Source of the DNA: Trichormus sp. ATA11-4-KO1
GTDB lineage: Bacteria; Cyanobacteriota; Cyanobacteriia; Cyanobacteriales; Nostocaceae
Reading direction: 5' to 3'
NCBI GenBank assembly: GCA_019358915.1
Contig: JAHHIM010000002.1
Location: 1 to 64,000 of the forward strand
DNA length: 64,000 bases
The notes beneath the pieces were generated by a model, which saw nothing but the letters and a program-made list of their open reading frames with translations, was not told the DNA's origin and did not search any database. Shown piece by piece: positions 21,089 through 30,811 of this stretch. The translations under genes were made by a program, and so were the position numbers. Numbering within the stretch: the first letter of the stretch is position 1; each line of letters starts with the position of its first letter.

Positions 21089-21278
21089 GGGGGATGGGGA
21101 GATTGGGAGAATAACTAACTAATGACTAATGACTAATGACTAAAAAATCTTGAAACGCTAGGATAAAGTCATCATCTACTTCGACTGAAGCATTTACTCA
21201 AAAAACGCCAAAAATTCTGACAGTCGTTGCTTTAAGCTTTGATCAAGTTTTGACACCTACTAATAAATTTCAGCAGCT

Positions 21279-22394
21279 ATGCCACATCGCCATTATCCCC
21301 CCGCCTACTTACGCTATCTCAAAGCCAGGTTATTAAATTTAGGCAAACCTAGTTTTTGGGGAACAGCAATTTTTTTATCCGTGCTAGGGTTGGTAATTCA
21401 GGAATACTTGTCTAATCCAAATGTGTTTACTGACCAGCCAAACCAAGAATTCACTTCTGTTCAGCCTAATAACTCCTTATCAGCAGAAGATAAAGCCATT
21501 GCGGCAGATATTGATAACTTACCAGCTTTGTTTAATGACTTTGATCAGGTAAGTCTACCGATACCACCTAGTAACCCTAAGGAAAAATCTCAGGCAAATC
21601 AGAGCAACAACTTACTCCAGGAAATTAGCAAACAACAGTCTGCTAACAGCACAACATCCAATGCTGTACCAGGAATGGTTAATAACACGCCTGCACCTCA
21701 GCCGAGAAATCCTTTTGTCTTAGAAGCAGAAAATTTATTGAGGTTGGGGGCGTTTGATAGTGGTAATCAGTCGTTAGGCATAAGCTCTTTACCAGCATCA
21801 TCTGAACCAACAGTAACAGCAGCAACATCTTCCATATCGGGAATTGGCAATAATCAAACCGAAAATAGTCCAAATACTTACTCAATTAGCCCCTTACGAA
21901 CCTCATTTAACCAAACCTTATCTAGCATAAGTGGTGAGACTTCAACTCAAATCAACTCTTTAGGGCAAACCTCCGTTGGTGGAGTCATGCAGACTCCGGG
22001 TACTAATAGTTCACCCAACCAAGCTTTTTCATCTAGTACTGGGTTAAACGCTGGGACTGGTTACATTCAACCGACTGTACCCAACAATTTACCACCAAAT
22101 TCCTACAATAACTTAAATAGCAGCCCAGCATTCCCTAGTCAAGTATCACCGACAACAGTCACATCACCTGTTAACGTTACTCCTGGTATACAAACTAATA
22201 TTGCCCCCTACTCTGTCCAGCCTCCTAGTCCAGATATTGTCGCACCAACAACCCCAGTAGTGGCTGACAGGAATGGTAATTTAATCTGGCAGCAGCCTAC
22301 TCAACAGCCGCAGTCTAATTTTTCGGTTCCTGGCCAGACACCAGGACAGGATCAAGGTAGAATTCAGATTGATAGCACCAATTTTAGATTCTAG
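21279..22394 (+). CDS. Hypothetical membrane-anchored Pro/Ser/Asn/Gln-rich protein
   Basis: 371-aa ORF; one N-terminal TM segment; low-complexity remainder. Confidence 0.75.
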   Translation: MPHRHYPPAYLRYLKARLLNLGKPSFWGTAIFLSVLGLVIQEYLSNPNVFTDQPNQEFTSVQPNNSLSAEDKAIAADIDNLPALFNDFDQVSLPIPPSNPKEKSQANQSNNLLQEISKQQSANSTTSNAVPGMVNNTPAPQPRNPFVLEAENLLRLGAFDSGNQSLGISSLPASSEPTVTAATSSISGIGNNQTENSPNTYSISPLRTSFNQTLSSISGETSTQINSLGQTSVGGVMQTPGTNSSPNQAFSSSTGLNAGTGYIQPTVPNNLPPNSYNNLNSSPAFPSQVSPTTVTSPVNVTPGIQTNIAPYSVQPPSPDIVAPTTPVVADRNGNLIWQQPTQQPQSNFSVPGQTPGQDQGRIQIDSTNFRF

Positions 22395-22407
22395 ATTTTG
22401 GTGTACA

Positions 22408-22632
22408 TTAACCATCGGCAATTTCCGCTTCATTTTCCTCAATAAAAACCTCAAGTTCAGCAATTTTATCCTTATTTAATAAAATTGCTTTCTGGAAAGT
22501 CTTGAGTCTTTTCTTCGGGTCTTTAATCAAATTTTTTAAATACTTGAGTTCTGTCGCTAAATCCTTTTCTATAAAAGTTTTAGTTGGGGAACGGTCAGTA
22601 ATTGTAGAAATAAAATCAAGATAATCAGTCAT
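22408..22632 (-). CDS. Small hypothetical protein abutting the Uma2 gene
   Basis: 74 aa; its ATG directly follows the Uma2 stop; helical composition. Confidence 0.5.
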   Translation of the reverse strand: MTDYLDFISTITDRSPTKTFIEKDLATELKYLKNLIKDPKKRLKTFQKAILLNKDKIAELEVFIEENEAEIADG

Positions 22633-23211
22633 CTATGCAAAAATCTGCTGTAAATTTAAAACAAAACCAGGAAGAACATCTTCACCCGATAAACTTGTGG
22701 GAGATTGTAAAAGTTCCGGTGCTTGATTAGGGCGATAAATTATTACTTGTTTATCTTTGGGATTAATTAACCAACCGAGTTGTAAGCCATTTGCTAAATA
22801 TTCTTCCATTTTGGCTTTAGTATCTTCCACATCATCAGTTTCCGAAACTAATTCCACGGCAAAATCAGGACACAAAGGGAGAAATTTCTTTCTTTGTTCT
22901 GCGGTAAGAGCTTCCCATCTTTCTATGCTTACCCAAGAAGCATCAGGTGAACGAGTTGCACCATTTGGTAATTTAAAACCAGTGGAAGAATCAAAAGCTT
23001 TTCCGAGCTTATTTTGTCTGTTCCAAACTCCTAAATCAAGATACAGTTCAAAATTACGGTTTCCCGTTTCTCCACCAGTAGGTGACATGATAATTAATTC
23101 CCCTTCAGCAGTTAACTCTAGCCGTAATTCTTTATTCACGGCGACAATTTGTGCAAATTCCTCATCAGTAAATTTCAGATTAGAAGGTAGTTGTAAGGTT
23201 AAAGCAGTCAT
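22633..23211 (-). CDS. Uma2 (DUF820) family endonuclease
   Basis: FDSSTGFKLPNGATRSPDASW, PDFAVELVS, LGWLINP. Confidence 0.93.
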   Translation of the reverse strand: MTALTLQLPSNLKFTDEEFAQIVAVNKELRLELTAEGELIIMSPTGGETGNRNFELYLDLGVWNRQNKLGKAFDSSTGFKLPNGATRSPDASWVSIERWEALTAEQRKKFLPLCPDFAVELVSETDDVEDTKAKMEEYLANGLQLGWLINPKDKQVIIYRPNQAPELLQSPTSLSGEDVLPGFVLNLQQIFA

Positions 23212-23395
23212 AATTAATTGCGCTCCACAAAAATCCTAGTTGCATCAAACCCATGTGCTGCTAATAGGTTTGACTTAGCCTCTACATCTACTTTATCCTG
23301 CTGGCTATACGCTCGTGTCTGAAATTACAGGTTAGCCTGCTTTTATTTAGGTGTAGATGCCAGGCGGCTGGCCGTTAGGCATCGCTATGATCAAA

Positions 23396-23467
23396 AGCGG
23401 GTGATGGGACTCGAACCCACGACGTTCACCTTGGGAAGGTGACATTCTACCACTGAATTACACCCGC
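23396..23467 (-). tRNA. tRNA-Gly(CCC)
   Basis: GCGGGTG acceptor stem; anticodon arm TCACC-TTCCCAA-GGTGA; GGTTCGAGTCC T arm. Confidence 0.96.
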
Positions 23468-23861
23468 AACTAATGATTAGTTTAAATAAAGCTAATTAAC
23501 ATATTATCACTATAATTGGCAAATCAGAATTCACAAACCAGGCTGATTCCCTCACCTCATCACACATCTGATGTATTCAGATCACCGCCATTGAGTAAAT
23601 GAATGTGAAACACTAATTTAGGATGGGTAAACCCCTATTTCTAGCTATTTGCCTAATGCACATCTACAACTTGCTACTTCTATAAATTAGGTAAGCATGG
23701 CCTATCATTGTGAGCAAGGCATAAAGGTGGCTAGCACCTACACCGAGACCTAAGCTACATAAGTATAAATCTGCATTGTCTGCAATTCCAGTAAAGGTAA
23801 ATCTGATGATGCAATTGTGACGACATTCCATAAATAATTCTTATCTATCTGAGCAACCAAT

Positions 23862-24737
23862 ATGTTCAATGCCACTGAAATTTTAATTGATGCTTTTGTT
23901 AAACAAATTCGCGAAGGCTACCGTCGCACATACGGCTGCTTAAAAAATGATTATCAAGATATTATTGCTTGGGCTGGTAATATGGCGCTGGAAAACATTG
24001 CCAATAGCGATGCCCTGTATCACAATGTGGAACACTCTGTCTTAGTTACCCTTGTCGGCCAGGAAATTTTACGAGGTAAACACATCCGGGAAGGTGGTGT
24101 CTCTAGTGAAGACTGGTTGCATTTTATTATTTCCTTAGTATGTCATGATATTGGCTATGTGAAAGGCGTTTGCCGACAAGACCAAGAGGCAGCAGGTTTA
24201 TATGCCACTGGTAAAAATGGCAGAATGATTTCTCTGCATCCTGGGGCTTCTGATGCTAGTCTTACTCCCTATCATGTTGATCGAGCCAAACTTTTCATTG
24301 ATGAGCGTTTTGGTGGTCACAAGTTGATAGATGCTGATGTCATCAAAAGTAATATTGAGTTAACTCGGTTCCCTGTGCCCGCAGCAGAAGACCATCAAGA
24401 TAGCGTTAGCTTTGCTGGCTTAGTCCGCGCGGCTGATTTGATTGGGCAATTAAGCGACCCACGTTATTTAAAAAAAATTACGTCTTTATTCTACGAGTTT
24501 GAAGAAACTGGGATGAATAAAGTTTTGGGTTATGAAACACCTGCCGATTTACGCAAAAATTACGCTAAGTTTTATTGGCATGGTGTTCATCCCTATATCA
24601 AAGAAGGGCTGCATTACTTGTCTTTGACACAGCAGGGTAAACAAATTCTGGCTAATCTTTACTCAAATGTTTTTGTTGTAGAACATGAGAAAAACCAAGA
24701 AGAACATCTATATTTAGTTGAGCAAAGACATGCTTAG
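23862..24737 (+). CDS. HD-domain metalloprotein (Npun_R2479-like)
   Basis: YHNVEH...CHDIG...HVDR...AADL HD-superfamily motifs. Confidence 0.85.
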   Translation: MFNATEILIDAFVKQIREGYRRTYGCLKNDYQDIIAWAGNMALENIANSDALYHNVEHSVLVTLVGQEILRGKHIREGGVSSEDWLHFIISLVCHDIGYVKGVCRQDQEAAGLYATGKNGRMISLHPGASDASLTPYHVDRAKLFIDERFGGHKLIDADVIKSNIELTRFPVPAAEDHQDSVSFAGLVRAADLIGQLSDPRYLKKITSLFYEFEETGMNKVLGYETPADLRKNYAKFYWHGVHPYIKEGLHYLSLTQQGKQILANLYSNVFVVEHEKNQEEHLYLVEQRHA

Positions 24738-24758
24738 ATATTAGTCATTAGCCATTTA

Positions 24759-24895
24759 TAGCGTTTCCTAATCTGCTGAAGTACTGAGTACATCGCTAAC
24801 AAAATTGGGCAATCTTTGCGTAACTCTGCGCTACCTTAGCGTCCCTCTGCGTTGAAAAAAATTATTTCTGTACCTCACTTAAATGGGAATCGCTA
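24759..24895. mobile_element. 137-bp IS630-type MITE
   Basis: Ends TAGCGTTTCCTAATCTGCTGAAGTAC / TAGCGATTCCCATTTAAGTGAGGTAC resemble the IS630 ends; TA on both flanks. Confidence 0.8.
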
Positions 24896-24934
24896 TATCT
24901 TAAACTAATGACAAATGACAAAGGACAAATAACT

Positions 24935-26053
24935 ATGAATTGGTGGCAAAGACTACAAAAAAATCCTTTGGCACGATTTGGGGCAATTGTGCTGTTAATT
25001 TTCTATGTGGCGGTAACTGCGGCTGATTTCGTTGCCCCGTATAATCCTCTTGCCTCACAGCCAAATGGTTCACTGTTGCCACCAACGCGGATTTATTGGG
25101 TGTCTCAAAAATCAGGGCAATTTATCGGGCCGCATATTTATCCTACAACCCAGGGAGATACTGACTTAGAAACAGGCGATCGCCAACTTATTGTAGACTT
25201 CCAAAAGCCCTCGCCTCTAAGTTTATTTGTCTCTGGGTCTCAGTACCGCCTATTACAGTTGCGGTTACCTCTACCCCCCAAGTGGGACGAAGTAACTATC
25301 TTTCCCGGTATCCCTTTAGATTGGCATTTGTTTGGCACAATTGGTGAAGCCAAGTTCAACATCTTAGGTACTGACGACCAAAGCCGCGACCAATTCAGTC
25401 GTCTAGTGCATGGTGGTCGCATTAGTATGTTTATTGGCATTATTGGGGTGCTGATTACCTTTCCCCTGGGTCTAATAATTGGTGGCATTTCTGGCTATTT
25501 TGGCGGTTGGATTGATAGCGTGATTATGCGCTTGGCGGAAGTGCTAATGACTTTCCCTGGTATTTATCTTTTGGTGACCTTAGGTGCCGTTTTACCACCT
25601 GGTCTAACCAGTACCCAGCGCTTTTTACTGATTGTGGTGATTACTTCGGTGATTAGTTGGGCTGGGTTAGCACGGGTCATTCGGGGACAGGTACTATCAA
25701 TTAAAGAGCGAGAATTTGTGCAAGCCGCAAGAGCAATGGGTGGTAAGCCAATTTACATTATTCTCCGCCACGTTTTGCCGCAAACGGCTACTTATGTCAT
25801 TATCTCTGCTACCTTGGCAGTTCCTAGTTTTATCGGTGCGGAAGCTGTATTAAGTCTGATTGGTTTGGGAATTCAACAACCAGATCCCTCTTGGGGCAAT
25901 ATGCTTTCCTTGGCTACCAATGCTTCTATTTTGGTGCTGCAACCTTGGCTAATCTGGCCACCAGCAGCGTTAATTATTCTGACTGTACTAGCTTTTAATT
26001 TACTGGGTGATGGTTTAAGAGATGCGCTCGACCCCCGGAGTTTGCGAAGATAG
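24935..26053 (+). CDS. Oligopeptide/dipeptide ABC transporter permease (OppC/DppC family)
   Basis: LGTDDQSRD, EFVQAARAMG, PSWGNML, GDGLRDALDP. Confidence 0.92.
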   Translation: MNWWQRLQKNPLARFGAIVLLIFYVAVTAADFVAPYNPLASQPNGSLLPPTRIYWVSQKSGQFIGPHIYPTTQGDTDLETGDRQLIVDFQKPSPLSLFVSGSQYRLLQLRLPLPPKWDEVTIFPGIPLDWHLFGTIGEAKFNILGTDDQSRDQFSRLVHGGRISMFIGIIGVLITFPLGLIIGGISGYFGGWIDSVIMRLAEVLMTFPGIYLLVTLGAVLPPGLTSTQRFLLIVVITSVISWAGLARVIRGQVLSIKEREFVQAARAMGGKPIYIILRHVLPQTATYVIISATLAVPSFIGAEAVLSLIGLGIQQPDPSWGNMLSLATNASILVLQPWLIWPPAALIILTVLAFNLLGDGLRDALDPRSLRR

Positions 26054-26102
26054 GATGGGGATAATTAAAAATTAAAAATTAAACATTAAAAATTAAAAAT
26101 TT

Positions 26103-26170
26103 GGTGTTGTTGATGTAAAATTCGATTTTACAGATAAGATTAGCGATTCTTACCCAAATTCAGCACCGCC
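26103..26170. repeat. Degenerate GGCGTTGCTGA-type miniature element
   Basis: GGTGTTGTTGAT ... ATTCAGCACCGCC imperfect inverted ends; related end at 38872-38897. Confidence 0.45.
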
Positions 26171-26268
26171 AAATTGATGACGAATTAAAAGTGAGGAGAC
26201 AGGGGATAAATCAATATATTTATTCCCCATCTCCTCTGCTAGAGTGGTTAACCTTGTTGATGCTGTGA

Positions 26269-27489
26269 TTAGGGAGCTAGGGCATTACCGCGAATTAGAC
26301 TACCAAGAGTCTTAGCAGTAATTTTCAGTTGGGTGAAGGGGTTGGCGGGGACGACTGTCTTATATAGATAACTATCGAATGTTAACTTTTGGACATCGAG
26401 GTCACCACACATTTCCACAAACGCTTCGCGGGTGGCGTCGGAACGGTAGAACACACTTTGCAGAATATCTAGCACCTTATAAGTGAGTCCGTATTTTTTA
26501 TCCCAACGCTTCAGGTAAATCTTCAGGTCGTTTTCTGTGGGAATACGCGCACCACTGTTAGATACTTCCACAATGGTTTCGGCACACATCCGCCCAGATT
26601 TAGCTGCAAAATAAATACCTTCACCAGAAGACTTGGTAACGTAGCCAGCCGCATCTCCCACCAAGGCAATCCGACCGACAACACGACGCGGACGGGGATG
26701 TTCGGGGATTGGGTGAGCTTCTACTTTAATGATTTTACCGCCTGCCAGCTTTTGGGCAGCACGGGAGCGGATACCAGCTTGCAACTGTTTGATACTGGCT
26801 TTGTTGACGTGCATTGTGCCAGTACCCACAGCTACGTGGTCATATTTGGGGAAAACCCAGGCGTAGAAGTCGGTAGAAACGTCATTGCCGACATACATTT
26901 CCGCTAGGTTATTGTAGTATGCCATTTTCTCCTGGGGTAGACGAATCCGCTCTTGGAAAGCGATCGCATAGTTATAATCTCCAGCATCCATTTCTTTGGC
27001 AATCCGGGAATTAGCCCCATCCGCCCCAATAATTAAATCAACTTTTAGGGTTTTAGTGATACCCTGTGCGCCGCCTTCTGTATGGTCAACGTAGTGAATT
27101 GTATAAGGGTCAGTATTGTTTGTGGGTATATCGAGTTTATGAACAGTGGCATTAATTAAATTTGCGCCTAGTTTTGCCGCGCGATCACGCAGGAACCCAT
27201 CCAGCACTTCACGGCGGCACATTCCTATATATTCATCTTCTTTTATCAGATTGATATCAACCTCACGATTGGAAGGTGAAATCATTTTCATCTTCCGGAC
27301 TTGGCGGTCAATAATCTCTGGTGGTAGGTCAAATTCACCTACCATACACAGGGGAATCGCACCCCCACAGGGCTTAGCATTGTCTAGTTTCCGCTCAAAC
27401 AGGTAGGTTTCAATTCCAGCCTTTGCCAGTGTTTCAGCAGCAGATGAACCAGCAGGGCCTGACCCAACAACAGCAACCCGTAGTGTCAA
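26269..27489 (-). CDS. chlP: Geranylgeranyl reductase (probable TTG start at 27489)
   Basis: LRVAVVGSGPAG, KPCGGAIPLC, GDAAGYVTKSSGEGIYFA. Confidence 0.96.
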   Translation of the reverse strand: MTLRVAVVGSGPAGSSAAETLAKAGIETYLFERKLDNAKPCGGAIPLCMVGEFDLPPEIIDRQVRKMKMISPSNREVDINLIKEDEYIGMCRREVLDGFLRDRAAKLGANLINATVHKLDIPTNNTDPYTIHYVDHTEGGAQGITKTLKVDLIIGADGANSRIAKEMDAGDYNYAIAFQERIRLPQEKMAYYNNLAEMYVGNDVSTDFYAWVFPKYDHVAVGTGTMHVNKASIKQLQAGIRSRAAQKLAGGKIIKVEAHPIPEHPRPRRVVGRIALVGDAAGYVTKSSGEGIYFAAKSGRMCAETIVEVSNSGARIPTENDLKIYLKRWDKKYGLTYKVLDILQSVFYRSDATREAFVEMCGDLDVQKLTFDSYLYKTVVPANPFTQLKITAKTLGSLIRGNALAP

Positions 27490-27929
27490 AGGTCTTCTCC
27501 CAATTTTTGATAAAAACATTTACCGAAAGCATCGTATCACGGAGTTTTGCCTGATTTTGCGCTCTCCCTTCAGGTTTTGACTGAAATGCAATATTCCTTA
27601 ATGTTTCGATACAAAAGCTGAGAGTAAAGATACTTAATTAGCAATTAAATCAGTAGATAGTAGTCAAATTAAACGGTTATAAATGCCTACCTTTAATTTG
27701 CCCTTAATTACACAATATAGTATACTTGTACTAAATAAGCCAGATCGCAAATGATGAGGCTCAAGCAAAGTATGCCGTTCGAGGAAAAAGCTGAAACCCT
27801 TAAGAGGATAGGTTTACGTTAACTTTCAATATAAAATAAAAATCTTTACAAACTGCTTAAAACTCTTGTCACATTAAGCTTTAAAATTAAAATATCAGTG
27901 ATTCACCCCAAGACTGAATCAAAACGTAA

Positions 27930-27952
27930 TATAATGCAGAATCCATTGCATT
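27930..27952 (+). promoter_or_regulatory. Putative higBA promoter -10 box with overlapping palindromic operator
   Basis: TATAAT at 27930-27935 overlapped by AATGCA-N8-TGCATT at 27933-27952. Confidence 0.5.
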
Positions 27953-27967
27953 TTTCTTGGGGGAGCT

Positions 27968-28267
27968 TTGCGTTTTCAGTTTAGGAAGAAGAAACTCGAA
28001 GCACTTTACGCAGAAGAAAAAGATGCTCATAAATACCCAGGTGTAGTTGATGACTTTTTTGAAGTCATGGCGATTATTGATGCTGCTGTAGATGAGCGAG
28101 ACTTATACGCTCAAAAAGGGTTGAGATTTGAAAAGCTCAAAGGAAAACGAGGAAAACAAGGACAGCGTTCCTTACGTTTAAATGATCAGTGGCGTTTAAT
28201 CGTGACAGTGGATGAGGATGAGCAAGGAAATTACCTCACAATAATCGACATCGAAGACTATCACTAA
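27968..28267 (+). CDS. higB: HigB-like toxin (RelE/ParE superfamily)
   Basis: FEKLKG.R.GQRSLRLNDQWRL...IEDYH. Confidence 0.9.
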   Translation: MRFQFRKKKLEALYAEEKDAHKYPGVVDDFFEVMAIIDAAVDERDLYAQKGLRFEKLKGKRGKQGQRSLRLNDQWRLIVTVDEDEQGNYLTIIDIEDYH

Positions 28268-28292
28268 CCGAGACAGCAAGAGATACAGCAAT

Positions 28293-29375
28293 ATGAGCCA
28301 GAATTTAGCACCAGCAAGAGTACCAACACCAGGGAAAATTTTAAGTCGAGAATTAGAAGCCCGTGGCTGGACACAGAAAGATTTAGCAGAAATTATGAGT
28401 CGTCCAGTTCAAACTATCAACGAAATTATCCGAGGAAGCAAGCAAATTACACCTGAAACAGCTATCGAATTGTCCCAAGCCTTGGGGACTTCTCCTGAGT
28501 TCTGGACGAACCTCGAAGCTAAGTATCGGTTGCATCTAGCAAGACAAGAAAAAAAGGAGCAAGACATAACCCGTAGAAGCCGATTGTATACTATTGCTCC
28601 TATTTCTGAACTAATCAAAAATGGCTGGATTCAAACAGCAGATTCTATTCATGAATTAGAACAGCAAGTTTGTCATTTTTTCGGTATATCTTCTTTAGAT
28701 GAAACACCCAAATTAGATGTTAATTTCCGTTGTTCAGAGCATCGAGAGCCAGAGCAAGCATCTCGAATAGCTTGGGTGAAGCGAGTAGAAAATCTAGCTA
28801 AACAACAAACCATTGCTAGTTTTGACCGTACAAAACTAGAGGCGGCTATTCCTGAAATTTTAGCTGGTACTGAACAAGTAGAAAGTATTATACAGATTCC
28901 TAAATTACTAGCAGATTTAGGCGTACATTTTGTAATTGTCCCACACTTGAGTAAAACTTATTTAGATGGTGCAGCATTTTATTTAAATGGTAATCCTGTT
29001 GTTGCATTGACATTGAGATATGACCGGATTGACTCATTCTGGTTCACCCTAATGCACGAGTTAGCGCATATTGTTTTAGGACATCAAGGAACTTATTTAG
29101 ACAACTTGGATGCTCTAGAAGAAAATGATGAGGAAATAGAAGCTAATCAAAAAGCGGCAAACTGGTTAATAAATCCTCAGACATTAAATAAATTTATAGT
29201 CAGGAGTAAAAAAGTCTTTTCTCGTAAAGCAATTGAAGAATTTGCTCTTGATCAACACAGACATCCAGGCATTATCCTTGGTCGCTTACATTATGACAAA
29301 TTAGTTCCCCATAAAAACTTAAGATCATTACTCGTCAAAGTTAGTCCCCTGTTGAACAACTGGATTGATAACTAA
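28293..29375 (+). CDS. higA: HigA-type HTH antitoxin fused to an ImmA/IrrE-like metallopeptidase domain
   Basis: PGKILSRELEARGWTQ...FWTNLE HigA HTH; FWFTLMHELAH (HExxH)...EIEAN. Confidence 0.88.
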   Translation: MSQNLAPARVPTPGKILSRELEARGWTQKDLAEIMSRPVQTINEIIRGSKQITPETAIELSQALGTSPEFWTNLEAKYRLHLARQEKKEQDITRRSRLYTIAPISELIKNGWIQTADSIHELEQQVCHFFGISSLDETPKLDVNFRCSEHREPEQASRIAWVKRVENLAKQQTIASFDRTKLEAAIPEILAGTEQVESIIQIPKLLADLGVHFVIVPHLSKTYLDGAAFYLNGNPVVALTLRYDRIDSFWFTLMHELAHIVLGHQGTYLDNLDALEENDEEIEANQKAANWLINPQTLNKFIVRSKKVFSRKAIEEFALDQHRHPGIILGRLHYDKLVPHKNLRSLLVKVSPLLNNWIDN

Positions 29376-29794
29376 GGCTAAAACCCTTGCTGTGCAAAAG
29401 TTGTGAAGATAAAAATGCAGTTTCTCACTAAAAGCTTGTACGTAGTACGCTACTACTATGCCAATTGAACCTTACTCTAATATTGGTGCAGAGTTTTACA
29501 ACGTGAGCATAAGGGTTTTAGGCTACAAAAATTGATAGGTTTCAAAACGATTATTACTGAGTTTGGCGGAAACAGGTTAGGGAAAGTCTTCAACCCCAAG
29601 GCTCCTCACAGTTTGCTACCCCTGATATCATACTAGCTTGTGTGTGCTTCTCATTCGAGTCCCTTTGATTGTGGCAGTTGCGCTCCCGAAAATGTCTGAT
29701 TCAAATTAACCAAAAGGATCTTAATATATGATATATGTAAAAAACGGTAATCCTAGCAAGAAGCCGTAGATTAACTTGCAGAGGTACAGCAGCA

Positions 29795-30811
29795 GTGGGC
29801 ATAGTCGTTGAGAATGTATCCAAAAATTTCGGTAGCTTTAAAGCCGTTGATGAGGTGAATCTGGAAATCAAGAGTGGTTCCTTAGTTGCCTTGTTAGGTC
29901 CATCGGGATCTGGTAAATCCACTCTGCTGCGGTTAATTTCGGGTTTGGAGATGCCAGATAGCGGTAAAATCTTGCTGACTGGGAAGGATGCTACATATCA
30001 AAGCGTCCAAGAGCGAAATATTGGATTTGTATTTCAACACTATGCTTTATTCAAGCATTTAACAGTGCGACAGAATATTGCTTTTGGTCTGGAAATTCGC
30101 AAGGCACCAGCTAAAAAAATTAAGGGACGAGTAGAACAACTGCTGGAGTTGGTGCAATTGAGTGGATTAGGCGATCGCTATCCATCACAACTTTCTGGTG
30201 GTCAACGACAACGGGTAGCCTTAGCCAGGGCACTAGCTGTAGAACCCAAAGTATTATTACTTGATGAACCGTTTGGCGCACTTGATGCTAAAGTCCGTAA
30301 AGACTTACGGGCATGGTTACGCCGCCTCCATGATGAAGTCCATGTTACCACTGTTTTTGTCACTCACGACCAAGAAGAGGCAATGGAAGTTTCCGATGAA
30401 GTCGTGGTGATGAATAAAGGACGAGTGGAACAAGTGGGGACACCAGCAGAAATCTACGACAATCCAGCTACGGCATTTGTGATGAGCTTCATCGGCCCTG
30501 TGAATGTGTTGCCCAACACTTCCAAGATTTTCCAGAGCAGTGGTTTCGATTCACCACATCCCCAAGTGTTTTTGCGCCCGCAAGATGTGCTGATTGAAAG
30601 ACAAGCTAATGGTACCACTGCACCAGCTACAGTGAGTCGGTTGATACATTTGGGTTGGGAAATTCAAGTGGAATTAACTTTGGATGATGGGCAAGTGGTA
30701 GCAGCGCATTTAACACGCGATCGCTTTAACGAGTTACAGTTAGAACCTCACCAACGGGTGTATGTAAAGCCAAAGGATGCGCGATCGTTTCCTCTGTATT
30801 ATTCAATTTAG
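29795..30811 (+). CDS. cysA: Sulfate ABC transporter ATP-binding protein
   Basis: [29 protein letters not shown]-terminal TOBE-like region. Confidence 0.93.
   Translation: MGIVVENVSKNFGSFKAVDEVNLEIKSGSLVALLGPSGSGKSTLLRLISGLEMPDSGKILLTGKDATYQSVQERNIGFVFQHYALFKHLTVRQNIAFGLEIRKAPAKKIKGRVEQLLELVQLSGLGDRYPSQLSGGQRQRVALARALAVEPKVLLLDEPFGALDAKVRKDLRAWLRRLHDEVHVTTVFVTHDQEEAMEVSDEVVVMNKGRVEQVGTPAEIYDNPATAFVMSFIGPVNVLPNTSKIFQSSGFDSPHPQVFLRPQDVLIERQANGTTAPATVSRLIHLGWEIQVELTLDDGQVVAAHLTRDRFNELQLEPHQRVYVKPKDARSFPLYYSI

Noticed and set aside
22757..23239. 160-aa plus-strand ORF and similar antisense ORFs throughout the track
   Set aside because: Shadow frames opposite well-supported genes, with no motifs
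29560..29700. CTCCTCACA and GGAAACA motifs suggesting Yfr1/Yfr2, or a riboswitch before cysA
   Set aside because: The Yfr1 motif is incomplete, the Yfr2 motifs lie on opposite strands, and no terminator or aptamer fold was recognised
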